Positions 1 to 12,588 of a stretch of DNA of 64,000 bases are shown here, one piece after another; position 1 is the first letter of the stretch, and each line of letters starts with the position of its first letter. The notes beneath the pieces were generated by a model that was not told where the DNA came from, did no database searches, and was given only the letters and a program-made list of their open reading frames with translations. Made by a program: the position numbers and the translations under genes. Location of the stretch: assembly GCF_000027125.1 (NCBI RefSeq), contig NC_017626.1; one strand, 5' to 3'. This stretch comes from Escherichia coli 042 (lineage in GTDB: Bacteria > Pseudomonadota > Gammaproteobacteria > Enterobacterales > Enterobacteriaceae).

Positions 1-2118
1 TATCTCGGCAAAGCAGTGTGGAGCGAATTGCAGGACGGTGAATGGATTGCTTATCCGGATACACTCGTTGGTACTGACTCGCACACCACCATGATCAACG
101 GCCTTGGCGTGCTGGGGTGGGGCGTTGGTGGGATCGAAGCCGAAGCCGCAATGTTAGGCCAGCCGGTTTCCATGCTTATCCCGGACGTAGTGGGCTTTAA
201 ACTCACCGGAAAATTACGTGAAGGTATTACCGCCACAGACCTGGTTCTCACCGTTACCCAAATGCTGCGCAAACATGGCGTGGTGGGGAAATTCGTCGAA
301 TTTTATGGTGATGGGCTGGATTCACTACCGCTGGCGGATCGCGCCACCATTGCCAATATGTCGCCAGAATATGGTGCCACCTGTGGCTTCTTCCCAATCG
401 ATGCTGTCACCCTCGATTACATGCGTTTAAGCGGGCGCAGTGAAGATCAGGTTGAGTTGGTCGAAATATATGCCAAAGCGCAGGGCATGTGGCGTAACCC
501 GGGCGATGAACCGATTTTTACCAGTACGTTAGAACTGGATATGAATGACGTTGAAGCGAGCCTGGCAGGGCCAAAACGCCCACAGGATCGCGTTGCACTG
601 CCCGATGTACCAAAAGCATTTGCCGCCAGTAACGAACTGGAAGTGAATGCCACGCATAAAGATCGCCAGCCGGTCGATTATGTTATGAACGGACATCAGT
701 ATCAGTTACCTGATGGCGCGGTGGTCATTGCTGCGATAACGTCGTGCACCAACACCTCTAACCCAAGTGTGCTGATGGCCGCAGGTTTGCTGGCGAAAAA
801 AGCTGTAACTCTGGGCCTCAAGCGGCAACCGTGGGTCAAAGCGTCGCTGGCACCAGGCTCGAAAGTCGTTTCTGATTATCTGGCAAAAGCGAAACTGACA
901 CCGTATCTCGATGAACTGGGATTTAACCTTGTGGGATACGGTTGTACCACCTGTATTGGTAACTCTGGTCCATTGCCCGATCCTATCGAAACGGCAATCA
1001 AAAAAGGCGATTTAACCGTCGGTGCGGTGCTGTCCGGCAACCGTAACTTTGAAGGCCGTATCCATCCGCTGGTTAAAACTAACTGGCTGGCCTCGCCGCC
1101 GCTGGTGGTTGCCTATGCGCTGGCGGGAAATATGAATATTAACCTCGCTTCTGAGCCTATTGGTCACGATCGTAAAGGCGACCCGGTATATCTGAAAGAT
1201 ATCTGGCCCTCGGCACAAGAAATTGCCCGTGCGGTAGAACAAGTCTCCACAGAAATGTTCCGCAAAGAGTACGCAGAAGTTTTTGAAGGCACAGCAGAGT
1301 GGAAGGAAATTAACGTCGCACGATCCGATACCTACGGTTGGCAGGAAGATTCAACCTATATTCGCTTATCGCCTTTCTTTGATGAAATGCAGGCAACACC
1401 AGCACCTGTGGAAGATATTCACGGTGCGCGGATCCTCGCAATGCTGGGGGATTCAGTCACCACTGACCATATCTCTCCGGCGGGCAGTATTAAGCCCGAC
1501 AGCCCGGCGGGTCGATATCTACAAGGTCGGGGTGTTGAGCGCAAAGACTTTAACTCCTACGGTTCGCGGCGTGGTAACCATGAAGTGATGATGCGCGGCA
1601 CCTTCGCCAATATTCGCATCCGTAATGAAATGGTGCCTGGCGTTGAAGGGGGGATGACGCGGCATTTACCTGACAGCGAGGTCATCTCTATTTATGATGC
1701 CGCGATGCGCTATAAGCAGGAGCAAACGCCGCTGGCGGTGATTGCCGGGAAAGAGTATGGATCAGGCTCCAGCCGTGACTGGGCGGCAAAAGGTCCGCGT
1801 CTGCTTGGTATTCGTGTTGTGATTGCCGAATCGTTTGAACGAATTCACCGCTCGAATTTAATTGGCATGGGCATCCTGCCGCTGGAATTTCCGCAAGGCG
1901 TGACGCGTAAAACGTTAGAGCTAACCGGGGAAGAGAAGATTGATATTGTCGATCTGCAAAATCTACAACCCGGCGCGACGGTTCCGGTGACGTTTACGCG
2001 CGCGGATGGTAGCCAGGAAGTCGTACCCTGCCGTTGTCGTATCGACACCGCGACGGAGTTGACCTACTACCAGAACGACGGCATTTTGCATTATGTCATT
2101 CGTAATATGTTGAAGTAA
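1..2118 (+). CDS. acnA: Aconitate hydratase A, 3' portion (gene starts upstream of window)
   Basis: ORF in frame from position 1; translation carries aconitase C-terminal motifs (e.g. [20 protein letters not shown]); about 700 of ~890 aa present. Confidence 0.93.
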   Translation, partial: YLGKAVWSELQDGEWIAYPDTLVGTDSHTTMINGLGVLGWGVGGIEAEAAMLGQPVSMLIPDVVGFKLTGKLREGITATDLVLTVTQMLRKHGVVGKFVEFYGDGLDSLPLADRATIANMSPEYGATCGFFPIDAVTLDYMRLSGRSEDQVELVEIYAKAQGMWRNPGDEPIFTSTLELDMNDVEASLAGPKRPQDRVALPDVPKAFAASNELEVNATHKDRQPVDYVMNGHQYQLPDGAVVIAAITSCTNTSNPSVLMAAGLLAKKAVTLGLKRQPWVKASLAPGSKVVSDYLAKAKLTPYLDELGFNLVGYGCTTCIGNSGPLPDPIETAIKKGDLTVGAVLSGNRNFEGRIHPLVKTNWLASPPLVVAYALAGNMNINLASEPIGHDRKGDPVYLKDIWPSAQEIARAVEQVSTEMFRKEYAEVFEGTAEWKEINVARSDTYGWQEDSTYIRLSPFFDEMQATPAPVEDIHGARILAMLGDSVTTDHISPAGSIKPDSPAGRYLQGRGVERKDFNSYGSRRGNHEVMMRGTFANIRIRNEMVPGVEGGMTRHLPDSEVISIYDAAMRYKQEQTPLAVIAGKEYGSGSSRDWAAKGPRLLGIRVVIAESFERIHRSNLIGMGILPLEFPQGVTRKTLELTGEEKIDIVDLQNLQPGATVPVTFTRADGSQEVVPCRCRIDTATELTYYQNDGILHYVIRNMLK

Positions 2119-2123
2119 CGAGT

Positions 2124-2160
2124 ATTTGCTTGCCGGTTATTTTGCTTCCGGCAAGCAAAT
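2124..2160. terminator. Bidirectional hairpin terminator between convergent acnA and ribA
   Basis: Perfect 13-bp inverted repeat atttgcttgccgg / ccggcaagcaaat with an 11-nt loop, flanked by T/A runs, directly after the acnA stop. Confidence 0.6.
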
Positions 2161-2181
2161 GAATTACACAATGCAAGAGGG

Positions 2182-2772
2182 TTATTTGTTCAGCAAATGA
2201 CCCATTTTCTCGGCTTTGGTATCGAGATAATGTTCGTTATTGGGGTTACGACCTACAATCAACGGTACGCGTTCAACAATATTAATCCCTGCTTCGGTCA
2301 GAATTTCGACTTTTTTCGGGTTGTTGGTTAACAAGCGGACTTCATTGACGCCAAGGAGTTTGAACATATCAGCGCAAAGAGTGAAGTCGCGCTCATCAGC
2401 GGCGAAGCCTAACTGGTGGTTAGCCTCTACAGTATCGTAACCTTGATCCTGCAGTGCATAAGCGCGGATTTTATTCAGCAGACCAATGTTACGACCTTCC
2501 TGACGGTGATACAGCAAAATACCACGGCCTTCTTCGGCAATTTGCGTCAGTGCCGCTTCGAGCTGGAAGCCACAATCGCAGCGCAAGCTGAACAGGGCGT
2601 CACCGGTCAGACATTCGGAATGGACGCGCGCAAGTACCGGGGTATGCCCGGAAATATCGCCATAGACTAGCGCGACATGATCGTGTCCGGTTGCCAGTTC
2701 TTCAAATCCCACCATCAGGAAATCGCCCCATGGGGTTGGCAGTTTGGCTTCTGCCACACGTTTAAGCTGCAT
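2182..2772 (-). CDS. ribA: GTP cyclohydrolase II
   Basis: 196-aa product from internal Met of the 217-aa ORF ([18 protein letters not shown]...); conserved CDCG zinc motif. Confidence 0.92.
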
Positions 2773-2941
2773 GAAATTCTCCAGATAATGCTGGTTCTGT
2801 ATTGGCTTATTTTGCCATAACGAGAAGGGGTTCACCTAATCACGACGCGTCGATCGTTCACGGAATGGCACAAATCTGTCAATTTTTCCTGGAACTGGCA
2901 TTTTCAGTTATGATTGTGGGACTTATCAAAAAGGAGAGGCC

Positions 2942-3706
2942 ATGCGTTCGATTGCCAGACGTACCGCAGTGGGAGCTGCACTATTGCTTGTTATGCCAGT
3001 AGCCGTATGGATTTCTGGCTGGCGTTGGCAACCTGGAGAACAAAGTTGGCTACTAAAAGCGGCTTTTTGGGTTACTGAAACTGTCACCCAGCCCTGGGGC
3101 GTCATTACACATTTGATTTTATTCGGTTGGTTTCTCTGGTGTCTGCGTTTTCGCATTAAGGCTGCCATTATGTTATTTGCCATTCTGGCGGCGGCAATCC
3201 TTGTGGGACAAGGCGTTAAATCCTGGATCAAAGACAAAGTCCAGGAACCACGACCTTTTGTTATCTGGCTGGAAAAAACACATCATATTCCGGTTGATGA
3301 GTTCTACACTTTAAAGCGAGCAGAACGCGGAAATTTAGTGAAAGAACAGTTGGCTGAAGAGAATAATATCCCACAATATTTGCGTTCACACTGGCAGAAA
3401 GAGACGGGGTTTGCCTTTCCTTCCGGTCACACGATGTTTGCTGCCAGTTGGGCGCTGCTGGCCGTTGGTTTGCTGTGGCCGCGTCGGCGAACGTTAACTA
3501 TTGCTATCTTGCTGGTCTGGGCAACCGGAGTCATGGGAAGCCGCCTGCTGCTCGGGATGCATTGGCCACGCGATCTGGTGGTAGCTACGTTAATTTCGTG
3601 GGCGCTGGTGGCGGTGGCAACGTGGCTTGCGCAACGAGTTTGTGGGCCATTAACACCACCTGCGGAAGAAAATCGCGAAATTGCACAACGAGAACAAGAA
3701 AGTTAA
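2942..3706 (+). CDS. pgpB: Phosphatidylglycerophosphatase B (PAP2 family)
   Basis: 254-aa membrane protein with PAP2 motifs (PSGH, SRLLLGMHWPRD); follows ribA as expected. Confidence 0.92.
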   Translation: MRSIARRTAVGAALLLVMPVAVWISGWRWQPGEQSWLLKAAFWVTETVTQPWGVITHLILFGWFLWCLRFRIKAAIMLFAILAAAILVGQGVKSWIKDKVQEPRPFVIWLEKTHHIPVDEFYTLKRAERGNLVKEQLAEENNIPQYLRSHWQKETGFAFPSGHTMFAASWALLAVGLLWPRRRTLTIAILLVWATGVMGSRLLLGMHWPRDLVVATLISWALVAVATWLAQRVCGPLTPPAEENREIAQREQES

Positions 3707-3854
3707 CGCTGGTTGATTTTCCGAATTTAGCCCTTAAATCATCAACAATGCGCGTGGATGCCATTTCGCAGACGGCGCGAAAATGGTACTTTAAAGGGCT
3801 ATTGCGGTAAGTTGACCATAATTTATTCGCTCTAACCACATAACGGGAAGTAAT

Positions 3855-4163
3855 GTGAAATATTTACTCATTTTCTTACTGGTGTTAGCGATCTTCGTGA
3901 TTTCGGTCACGTTGGGTGCGCAGAACGATCAACAGGTGACGTTTAATTATCTGTTAGCGCAAGGGGAGTACCGTATTTCCACATTGCTGGCGGTATTGTT
4001 TGCTGCGGGGTTTGCTATCGGTTGGCTGATTTGCGGCCTGTTCTGGCTGCGAGTTCGTGTTTCCCTGGCGCGCGCTGAACGTAAAATAAAGCGACTGGAA
4101 AACCAGCTTTCACCCGCGACTGACGTGGCTGTAGCGCCGCATTCGTCAGCGGCGAAGGAATAA
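3855..4163 (+). CDS. lapA: LPS assembly protein LapA (YciS)
   Basis: 102-aa small membrane protein, GTG start, directly upstream of lapB. Confidence 0.88.
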   Translation: MKYLLIFLLVLAIFVISVTLGAQNDQQVTFNYLLAQGEYRISTLLAVLFAAGFAIGWLICGLFWLRVRVSLARAERKIKRLENQLSPATDVAVAPHSSAAKE

Positions 4164-4169
4164 CTTTCT

Positions 4170-5339
4170 ATGCTGGAGTTGTTGTTTCTGCTTTTGCCTG
4201 TAGCCGCTGCTTATGGCTGGTATATGGGCCGCAGAAGTGCGCAACAAAACAAGCAAGATGAAGCCAACCGCTTGTCGCGTGATTACGTAGCGGGGGTTAA
4301 CTTCCTGCTTAGTAATCAACAGGATAAAGCGGTAGACCTGTTTCTCGATATGCTTAAAGAGGATACGGGTACCGTTGAAGCCCACCTTACGCTCGGAAAC
4401 CTGTTCCGTTCGCGTGGCGAAGTTGATCGCGCTATTCGCATCCATCAGACCCTAATGGAAAGCGCCTCGCTGACCTATGAACAGCGTCTGTTGGCGATTC
4501 AACAACTGGGGCGTGATTACATGGCCGCCGGGTTATACGACCGCGCGGAAGACATGTTCAATCAACTGACCGATGAAACTGACTTCCGCATTGGCGCGCT
4601 GCAACAGTTGCTACAAATCTACCAGGCTACCAGCGAGTGGCAGAAAGCAATTGATGTTGCCGAACGCCTGGTGAAGCTGGGTAAAGATAAGCAGCGCGTC
4701 GAAATTGCTCATTTCTACTGCGAGTTAGCCCTACAGCATATGGCCAGCGACGATCTCGATCGTGCCATGGCCTTGTTAAAAAAAGGTGCGGCGGCAGATA
4801 AAAACAGCGCCCGCGTATCCATCATGATGGGACGCGTATTTATGGCGAAAGGAGAATACGCCAAAGCCGTCGAAAGTTTGCAACGCGTGATATCCCAGGA
4901 CAGAGAACTGGTCAGCGAAACGCTGGAAATGCTGCAAACCTGCTACCAGCAGTTGGGTAAAACTGCCGAATGGGCAGAATTCCTGCAGCGCGCGGTGGAA
5001 GAGAACACCGGTGCCGATGCTGAACTAATGCTTGCGGACATCATCGAAGCGCGCGACGGTAGTGAGGCCGCACAGGTCTATATTACGCGTCAGCTTCAGC
5101 GTCATCCGACCATGCGTGTGTTCCATAAGCTAATGGATTACCACTTAAATGAAGCGGAAGAAGGGCGTGCCAAAGAGAGTCTGATGGTGCTGCGGGACAT
5201 GGTTGGCGAGAAGGTGCGTAGTAAGCCTCGTTATCGCTGCCAGAAATGTGGTTTTACCGCATATACCCTCTACTGGCATTGTCCGTCTTGTCGGGCCTGG
5301 TCAACCATTAAACCGATTCGCGGTCTTGATGGCCTGTAA
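4170..5339 (+). CDS. lapB: LPS assembly protein LapB (YciM), TPR and rubredoxin-like C-terminus
   Basis: 389 aa; TPR-like repeats and C-terminal CQKCG...CPSC metal-binding motif. Confidence 0.93.
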   Translation: MLELLFLLLPVAAAYGWYMGRRSAQQNKQDEANRLSRDYVAGVNFLLSNQQDKAVDLFLDMLKEDTGTVEAHLTLGNLFRSRGEVDRAIRIHQTLMESASLTYEQRLLAIQQLGRDYMAAGLYDRAEDMFNQLTDETDFRIGALQQLLQIYQATSEWQKAIDVAERLVKLGKDKQRVEIAHFYCELALQHMASDDLDRAMALLKKGAAADKNSARVSIMMGRVFMAKGEYAKAVESLQRVISQDRELVSETLEMLQTCYQQLGKTAEWAEFLQRAVEENTGADAELMLADIIEARDGSEAAQVYITRQLQRHPTMRVFHKLMDYHLNEAEEGRAKESLMVLRDMVGEKVRSKPRYRCQKCGFTAYTLYWHCPSCRAWSTIKPIRGLDGL

Positions 5340-5530
5340 TTTTTAAAAAAATCCGACTTTAGTTACAACATACTAATTATTGATGTTCCATTGTGCTCCG
5401 GTAACTCGGGCGCAGAAAAGCCTGCCAGGGGAGAAATCGCAACTGTTAATTTTTTATTTCCACGGGTAGAATGCTCGCCGTTTACCTGTTTCGCGCCACT
5501 TCCGGTGCCCATCATCAAGAAGGTCTGGTC

Positions 5531-6268
5531 ATGACGTTAACTGCTTCATCTTCTTCCCGCGCTGTTACGAATTCTCCTGTGGTTGTTGCCCTTGATTATC
5601 ATAATCGTGATGCCGCGCTGGCCTTTGTCGACAAGATCGACCCACGCGATTGTCGTCTGAAAGTCGGCAAAGAGATGTTTACGCTGTTTGGACCTCAATT
5701 TGTACGCGAACTTCAACAGCGTGGTTTTGATATCTTCCTCGACCTGAAATTTCACGATATTCCCAACACTGCAGCGCACGCTGTCGCTGCTGCAGCTGAC
5801 TTAGGCGTGTGGATGGTGAATGTTCACGCCTCCGGTGGGGCGCGTATGATGACCGCAGCGCGTGAGGCACTGGTTCCGTTTGGCAAAGATGCACCGCTTT
5901 TGATTGCTGTGACAGTATTGACCAGCATGGAAGCCAGCGACCTGGCCGATCTTGGCGTGACACTGTCACCTGCAGATTATGCAGAACGTCTGGCAGCACT
6001 GACGCAAAAATGTGGCCTTGATGGTGTGGTGTGTTCTGCTCAGGAAGCTGTGCGCTTTAAACAGGTATTTGGTCAGGAGTTCAAACTGGTTACACCGGGC
6101 ATTCGTCCGCAGGGGAGTGAAGCTGGTGACCAGCGCCGCATTATGACGCCAGAACAGGCGTTGGCGGCTGGTGTTGATTATATGGTGATTGGTCGCCCGG
6201 TAACGCAATCGGTAGATCCAGCGCAGACGCTGAAAGCGATCAACGCCTCTTTACAGCGGAGTGCATGA
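5531..6268 (+). CDS. pyrF: Orotidine-5'-phosphate decarboxylase
   Basis: 245 aa from internal Met ([22 protein letters not shown]...); ORF track start at 5471 is an upstream in-frame extension. Confidence 0.92.
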   Translation: MTLTASSSSRAVTNSPVVVALDYHNRDAALAFVDKIDPRDCRLKVGKEMFTLFGPQFVRELQQRGFDIFLDLKFHDIPNTAAHAVAAAADLGVWMVNVHASGGARMMTAAREALVPFGKDAPLLIAVTVLTSMEASDLADLGVTLSPADYAERLAALTQKCGLDGVVCSAQEAVRFKQVFGQEFKLVTPGIRPQGSEAGDQRRIMTPEQALAAGVDYMVIGRPVTQSVDPAQTLKAINASLQRSA

Positions 6269-6594
6269 TGAGTGATTCCAACAGCCGTCTGGTCTACTCA
6301 ACGGAAACCGGACGTATTGATGAGCCAAAAGCGGCCCCTGTACGCCCTAAAGGCGACGGTGTGGTGCGTATTCAGCGTCAGACCAGTGGACGTAAAGGTA
6401 AGGGCGTTTGCTTGATTACCGGTGTCGATCTCGATGATGCCGAACTGACAAAACTGGCAGCGGAACTGAAGAAAAAATGCGGCTGCGGCGGAGCAGTTAA
6501 AGATGGAGTTATTGAAATCCAGGGCGATAAGCGTGATTTATTAAAATCACTGCTTGAAGCGAAAGGGATGAAGGTAAAACTCGCAGGCGGTTAA
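6265..6594 (+). CDS. yciH: SUI1/eIF1-family translation factor YciH
   Basis: 109-aa ORF overlapping the pyrF stop by 4 bp (translational coupling). Confidence 0.9.
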   Translation: MMSDSNSRLVYSTETGRIDEPKAAPVRPKGDGVVRIQRQTSGRKGKGVCLITGVDLDDAELTKLAAELKKKCGCGGAVKDGVIEIQGDKRDLLKSLLEAKGMKVKLAGG

Positions 6595-6597
6595 CAT

Positions 6598-6627
6598 AAA
6601 AAGCCACGGATATATCCGTGGCTTTCG
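6598..6627 (+). terminator. Rho-independent terminator after yciH
   Basis: Hairpin agccacgga-tata-tccgtggct followed by a T-run. Confidence 0.55.
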
Positions 6628-6719
6628 AATATTTTACTGTGTGTATTATTCAGTTATTTCGTACTGAACAGAATCAAGCGTATTATAATTGCGAGTCGAT
6701 AATCGACATTTATTTACGA

Positions 6720-6938
6720 TTATTTACCGACCTGGTGACCAATAACACCACCGACAGCTGCGCCACCTAATGTACCCAGCGTACTGCCATCGGTCAGTAC
6801 TGCACCGCCTAATGCACCTGCACCCGCGCCAATTGCGGTGTTACGGTCTCGTTTAGACCAGTTAGAACAGGCACTCAGAGACATTGCCAGGGTAATTGCC
6901 AGAACAGCTGCGGTCATTTTTTTGCTCGTTACAAACAT
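6720..6938 (-). CDS. osmB: Osmotically inducible lipoprotein B
   Basis: 72 aa; signal peptide with lipobox (LSAC) and Gly-rich repeats. Confidence 0.9.
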   Translation of the reverse strand: MFVTSKKMTAAVLAITLAMSLSACSNWSKRDRNTAIGAGAGALGGAVLTDGSTLGTLGGAAVGGVIGHQVGK

Positions 6939-7206
6939 AATACTCTCTCCTGAATTTATGATTCACGGAAGTAAGCTCTCTATAACTATAATAGCTAAGA
7001 ATAAGCCGGGTGAAATTATTCCGTGAAATCCGCTCGCGCGCAGGGTTATATCACGCAGGTGATAATGACTTCCTGTTATATCGCTGATAATAATTTTATA
7101 TCTTGAGAGTGTTAATAACAGGTAAATAGTCTTAATTATCAACCAGGAATCATCTTAGAGCGGATGATTTGCCAAAGTGCAAATCATCCATAGAGAAGGG
7201 AAATGG

Positions 7207-7956
7207 TTAAATGTCAACGACGTGAACGGTGAGTTTACTGTGCTCAAGATGCATCAGATCGCTGGCGCGTATTTTCGAATCGGTAATCACGCGATTGAAT
7301 CGCTCAACGGGGCCGATGGAGTATGAATGTACAGCACCAAATTTCGAGCTGTCAGTCAGGACTATCGCTTCGCACTCTTTTTCCAGCACGGCATTGACCA
7401 CATCGGTACGCATCATATCGCGACCGGTAAACCCAGTTTCAGGTTGCCAGCCATCAATACCAATAAATGCTTTGCTGAAATGCACCTGTTGGATGCACTG
7501 GCGTGTCAAAGGGCCAACCATACTTTCGCTTTTTTTCTGGTACACGCCACCGAGCAAAATAACTTCACAAGGCGCGTCTTTCAGCAAATGCGCGATGTAG
7601 CTGCTGACCGTGATGATAGTGACATTTTTCTTCTGCTCGCCCAGAGTCCGGGCGAGCAGGGCATTGCTGCTGCCATTTTCGATAAAGATGGTTTCGCCCG
7701 GTTGAACCAGTGACGCGGCAAACTCGGCGAGTTCACGCTTCAGCGTATAGTTGCTCATCATACGAGTTTCGACGTCATCACTATCAAGCGATACTGCAAA
7801 GCCATGTGCACGGCGGAGGTAACTCAGTTTTTCGAGGGTGTTGAGATCCTGGCGAATGGTAACTTCAGAAACTCCAGTGGCTTTTGCCAGATCGGTTACG
7901 CTAACCTGACCCTGGTCAATGACCATCTGTAGAATAGTTTGTTGTCGGGAATTCAT
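7207..7956 (-). CDS. yciT: DeoR-family transcriptional regulator
   Basis: 249 aa; N-terminal HTH ([20 protein letters not shown]) plus DeoR C-terminal domain. Confidence 0.88.
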   Translation of the reverse strand: MNSRQQTILQMVIDQGQVSVTDLAKATGVSEVTIRQDLNTLEKLSYLRRAHGFAVSLDSDDVETRMMSNYTLKRELAEFAASLVQPGETIFIENGSSNALLARTLGEQKKNVTIITVSSYIAHLLKDAPCEVILLGGVYQKKSESMVGPLTRQCIQQVHFSKAFIGIDGWQPETGFTGRDMMRTDVVNAVLEKECEAIVLTDSSKFGAVHSYSIGPVERFNRVITDSKIRASDLMHLEHSKLTVHVVDI

Positions 7957-8045
7957 CGCTGTAATTCTTATAACGTTATAATACTAAATAAAAAAATACT
8001 GACGCGCCGGGCATCCTCAAATAGGAAAACCTGAAGGCACGATTG

Positions 8046-8219
8046 TTAAATCTCCCACGGTGCCTTCGGGATGTCTGGCGTAGATTCAGCAACCTGGCGC
8101 AAGAGTTCTGCTTTAAGTATCTCGAGATTATGGATCGCAGAGTGGTAATCGCCTGCCACAAGGATATCTAACACAATATCAATACGTTCGGCAACGCGCT
8201 GGGCATCAAATTCAGACAT
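8046..8219 (-). CDS. yciZ: Small UPF0509-family protein YciZ
   Basis: Roughly 57-aa ORF at the expected position between yciT and pdeR; start codon uncertain. Confidence 0.6.
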
Positions 8220-8366
8220 CAAGGACATCCTTATAGCAAAAGGGGGAAAATGAATAATGCAAAAATTGCCGCTAAAAGAGAAGTGTTTAACAGCAACGGC
8301 TAATTATCATCCGGGAATACGATATATAATTACGGAATATATCGCTAAGTATATATATTCATCTAC

Positions 8367-10352
8367 TTATGCGCGCTTCAGATAGCGTTTATACCAACGT
8401 TCGAAGGCGACGGCGGGCATCGGTTTGGCAAACAAAAATCCTTGCCGCTCATTGATCCCGTTCTTGGTTAAAAAAGCATCTTCCTTTTTACTCTCCACTC
8501 CTTCAGCGATCACCTGAAGATTCAATGCCTGGGCCACAGCGACGATCGCCCGGACCAGCGACTGCGATACAGGTTGTTTGTGAATATCTCGAACAAAAAC
8601 CTGGTCAAGTTTAATCGCATCGATCGGAAAGCGCGCCAGTTGCGAAAGTGAAGAGTAGCCGGTACCAAAATCGTCCAGATGCACTTGCGCACCTAGTTGG
8701 CTAAATTGTTGAATAACAGAAAGTGCCAGTTCATCATTCTCAATCAGGCAGCTCTCCGTCAGTTCAACATCAATAGGGCAGTATTCAAAATTGAGTTCCT
8801 GGAGAACCTGTTTCAGGGCGGTGAAAATGGTTTGATCGGCGAGCTGACGTGCAGAAATGTTTACCGCCACTCGCAGGTTAATACCTTTATCCCGCCACTT
8901 TGCCACCTGGCGTACGACATCGAGAATCACCCAACGGCCTAAAGGCACAATTAGCCCTGACTCTTCGGCGTAGGAAATGAAGTCCAACGGTGGAATCAAC
9001 CCACGTTCAGGTGACTGCCAACGTACTAGTGCTTCCAGACTGCGCACTTCGCCACGCCAGGTGATTTTCGGTTGATAGTGAATAACCAACTGATCGTTTT
9101 CCAGTGCTTTACGCAAGTTGGTATCCAGCCAGAGATATTCAAATACCCGCTGATTCATTTCTGGAGTAAAAACGCAAAATTGTCCTCGTCCGCCTTCCTT
9201 CGCTGTGTACATTGCTGTGTCGGCGTGACGAATAATAGCCGCGCTGTCCGAACCATGTTCGGGAGAGAGTGAAATACCCACTGAACAGCTGGTATAAACT
9301 TCAATTAAACCAATGCGGAAGGGGAGTCGTAAGCGGGTCAAAATTCGTGATGCCATTGCTTCCAGCGCGCTTTGTGAGGTATTGGATGCCAGTACCAGAA
9401 ACTCATCGCCACCTGGACGCGCCAACACCTGATCATGTTCGAGACAGCTTAAAATGGCCAATGACACGTCGCGTAATAGCTGGTCACCAAACAAATGCCC
9501 ATAGGCGTCGTTGACCTTTTTAAAATTATCCAAATCAAGATACACAACCCCAACTTTATTGTTATCTGCCTGATTAATAGCGTGATCGATTAACTCCTGC
9601 ATTGCGTTACGATTCGGCAGTCCGGTGATACTGTCGGTATTTGCCAGAATGCGCAGTCGCTCCTGAGCGCGGCGCTCTTCGGTAATGTCGGTGCCGGAAC
9701 AGATTAAAAAAATCTCGTTTTTGCCACTGCCGCTGTGGACAAATTTATTGCGAAACAGAAACAGCCGCTGGCCTTTACGTGTTGGTATCCACAGTTCGAC
9801 TTCATATGCATTGCCGCTTCGAAAAAATACACGGTTATTGCGCCTGGATGCCGCAGCTTCACGACGGCTCATAAACAGTTTAAACACGCTTTGCCCAATG
9901 ACGTCGTGTTCTTTCAACCCTGTGTAATCTTCACATAACCGATTGAAGCGCTGGATATTCCCCCGACTGTCGAGAATCACTATTGCGGAATGTGCTTCAG
10001 AAACTACCTGCTCAGCAAAGGAAAGCCCGTGTGATAAATCACGAGCAACCGCCGGTGTGTCATGCCATGCCGACGCGTTGCCAGCCCATTCCCGTTTATT
10101 GATTTTTCGTCCTACCAGATGCACAGAAAGATCGCTTTCATCGACGGTCAGACTCATCATCAGACTGGAAGTGATGACTGTCATTTCCCTGATGCGAGCA
10201 GCCTGTTCGGCAGATAACTGCAACGTACGTTCAGGTTCTGTGGTTTCGGTGGTAGAAAAGCGCAAAACATCGCTGCTTTCCGTTAACCGCCAGTATGGAT
10301 TGTGCGATCCGAGAAAGTTGTACAACGTTGTGGACTCCCTAACGGTTTTCAT
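8367..10352 (-). CDS. pdeR: c-di-GMP phosphodiesterase PdeR (YciR/Gmr), PAS-GGDEF-EAL
   Basis: 661 aa; degenerate GGDEF region followed by EAL domain motifs. Confidence 0.92.
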   Translation of the reverse strand: MKTVRESTTLYNFLGSHNPYWRLTESSDVLRFSTTETTEPERTLQLSAEQAARIREMTVITSSLMMSLTVDESDLSVHLVGRKINKREWAGNASAWHDTPAVARDLSHGLSFAEQVVSEAHSAIVILDSRGNIQRFNRLCEDYTGLKEHDVIGQSVFKLFMSRREAAASRRNNRVFFRSGNAYEVELWIPTRKGQRLFLFRNKFVHSGSGKNEIFLICSGTDITEERRAQERLRILANTDSITGLPNRNAMQELIDHAINQADNNKVGVVYLDLDNFKKVNDAYGHLFGDQLLRDVSLAILSCLEHDQVLARPGGDEFLVLASNTSQSALEAMASRILTRLRLPFRIGLIEVYTSCSVGISLSPEHGSDSAAIIRHADTAMYTAKEGGRGQFCVFTPEMNQRVFEYLWLDTNLRKALENDQLVIHYQPKITWRGEVRSLEALVRWQSPERGLIPPLDFISYAEESGLIVPLGRWVILDVVRQVAKWRDKGINLRVAVNISARQLADQTIFTALKQVLQELNFEYCPIDVELTESCLIENDELALSVIQQFSQLGAQVHLDDFGTGYSSLSQLARFPIDAIKLDQVFVRDIHKQPVSQSLVRAIVAVAQALNLQVIAEGVESKKEDAFLTKNGINERQGFLFAKPMPAVAFERWYKRYLKRA

Positions 10353-10586
10353 GATGCATATCCTCCGGTTAACAGCGGAGTCCGCGGTTAAATAAAAGGA
10401 ACAACATGACTTACATGAAATTAACGGCGGCTAAACGCATTGTTTTTTTTATATATTTATTTGTAATCCAGTTTTGGAAAAACGCCAGTTTTCAAACGAA
10501 AGTCAGTTAAAAATCTGCCGGGATATGACGAAGGTGGAGCGGGGAAATAAACGGCCCATTCATGAGGAATGGGCCGTGAAAGGAGA

Positions 10587-12521
10587 TTACGCGACCGGGC
10601 GCGCAATAATGCTGCGGGTTTCCATGCGGACTTCGGCAATGGTGACGTCAATAACGTCAGTCACTTTGTAAGCCGTTTCACCTTTAATTTGTACAGTGCC
10701 GTTTTCCTGGCTGCAAACCAGTTCATCGCGCACAGCGTGTAAGAAAGGTGCCGGAATAAAGGCGATAGCGCCGTTATCAACCAAACGCACACGCATGCCG
10801 CCACGGCTGATATCGACAATTTCCGCCGCGAAACGGGTGTCGGTCCCGGCTTTGTCTTTCAGGAAGCGTGCGTATAACCAGTCGCCAACATCACGTTCTG
10901 CCATTCGGTTGAGACGGCGACGCTCGGCCATTTGGACAGTGATTTCATCCTGCGGACGCGTCGCAGTTTCGCCTTTGATAACCGCTTTCAGCAGACGGTG
11001 GTTGATCATGTCGCCATATTTACGGATCGGCGAAGTCCAGGTGGCGTATGCCTCCAGACCGAGGCCAAAGTGAGGACCGGGTTCAGTGCTAATTTCAGCA
11101 AATGACTGGAAGCGACGAATGCGGCTGTCGAGGAAACCAGTTGGTTGCGCATCCAGTTCACGACGCAGTTTGCAGAAACCGTCCAGCGTGAGCACTTCTT
11201 CGGCATCGACATGCAGACCGTGGGTTTTCAGCAACGCTGCCAGCGCGTCGGCATTCGCCGGATCAAAGCCCATATGCACGTTATAGATGCCAAAACCGAG
11301 CTTATCGCGCAGTACGCGGGCCGCACAAATGTTAGCGGCAATCATCGCTTCTTCGACGATACGGTTGGCAATGCGACGAGGCTCGGCGACGATATCCAGC
11401 ACTTCACCTTTTTCACCGAGAATAAAGCGGTAATCCGGGCGATCTTTAAATACTAGTGCGTGGTTATGACGCCACTCGCCACGGCGTTGGCAAATTTGCG
11501 CTAACAAACGGACTTGTTCGGCAATTGCTTCACTTTCAGGCTGCCAGTCACCGGTATTTTCCAGCCAGTCAGAAACCTGGTCATACACCAGCTTCGCTTT
11601 GGATTCGATGGTGGCGGCAAAGAATTCGATATTATCTTCAATGGTACCATCAGCGGAGAGCGTCATGCGGCATGCCAGTACCGGGCGGACTTCATTGGCG
11701 CGCAGTGAGCAGAGATCGTCAGAAAGCTCGCGAGGAAGCATAGGGATGTTGAAGCCAGGCAGATAGTTGGTGAATGCGCGAATTTTCGCGGCTTTGTCCA
11801 GCTTGCTGCCTTCAGCAATCCACGCGGTTGGATCGGCAATCGCCACAATCAGCTGAAGTTTGTCATCCGGCAACGCCTTAGCGAAAAGGGCGTCATCCAT
11901 ATCTTCTGTGCTGGCACTGTCGATGGTGACAAAATCCAGCGCGGTCAGATCTTCACGAACCAGACCTTCATCGAGCATTTCGGTAGCGACGCCGTCTGGT
12001 GCTTCTTTTTCCAGATTATGGCGCGCAAGGGTAACCCACCACGGTACAAAGTGATCGTCACCAAAAGTGATGTATTGTGTCAGTTCAGCATAGAAAGAAC
12101 GATCGCCTTTCAGCGGATGACGGCGCATTTCGGCAACCGCCCAGTCGCCTTCTTTAAACTCGTGGTTCAGGCCACGGGCTGCGCGGCAAGGAATGGCGTC
12201 TTTTAAGAGTGGATGATCAGGAACGATGGCCAGACGGTCATTTTTGCCCTGAACTTTACCCACGAAACGAGTCAGAAACGGTTCAACCAGTTCTTCTGGC
12301 TCTGCGGATTCACGTTCTTTTTCACTGTGGATAACCGCGATAATTCGGTCGCCATGCATGACTTTTTTCATCTGCGGCGGCGGAATGAAATAACTTTTTT
12401 GCGCGTCGACTTCCAGGAAGCCAAAGCCTTTTTCTGTGGCTTTTACCACCCCTTCAGCGCGTGGCGTCTGGGAATGCAGTTGCTGTTTAAGCTGCGCTAG
12501 CAGCGGGTTGTCCTGAAACAT
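10587..12521 (-). CDS. rnb: Exoribonuclease II
   Basis: 644 aa; RNB catalytic domain and C-terminal S1 domain. Confidence 0.95.
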   Translation of the reverse strand: MFQDNPLLAQLKQQLHSQTPRAEGVVKATEKGFGFLEVDAQKSYFIPPPQMKKVMHGDRIIAVIHSEKERESAEPEELVEPFLTRFVGKVQGKNDRLAIVPDHPLLKDAIPCRAARGLNHEFKEGDWAVAEMRRHPLKGDRSFYAELTQYITFGDDHFVPWWVTLARHNLEKEAPDGVATEMLDEGLVREDLTALDFVTIDSASTEDMDDALFAKALPDDKLQLIVAIADPTAWIAEGSKLDKAAKIRAFTNYLPGFNIPMLPRELSDDLCSLRANEVRPVLACRMTLSADGTIEDNIEFFAATIESKAKLVYDQVSDWLENTGDWQPESEAIAEQVRLLAQICQRRGEWRHNHALVFKDRPDYRFILGEKGEVLDIVAEPRRIANRIVEEAMIAANICAARVLRDKLGFGIYNVHMGFDPANADALAALLKTHGLHVDAEEVLTLDGFCKLRRELDAQPTGFLDSRIRRFQSFAEISTEPGPHFGLGLEAYATWTSPIRKYGDMINHRLLKAVIKGETATRPQDEITVQMAERRRLNRMAERDVGDWLYARFLKDKAGTDTRFAAEIVDISRGGMRVRLVDNGAIAFIPAPFLHAVRDELVCSQENGTVQIKGETAYKVTDVIDVTIAEVRMETRSIIARPVA

Positions 12522-12588
12522 AATTGTCTATTTTGGTGGCCATTAGAGCGGCTGACAGTTTTACGCGAATCTGTCTGACGCGGCAAGG

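Noticed and set aside
5471-5530. N-terminal extensions in the ORF track (pyrF, and similarly ribA, puuP, puuA, puuC, tyrR, ycjG, mpaA, mppA, uspE, fnr, dgcM)
   Set aside because: The extended forms start at upstream in-frame codons without better ribosome-binding sites. Internal Met starts give products of the canonical lengths for these well-known proteins, so I used those.
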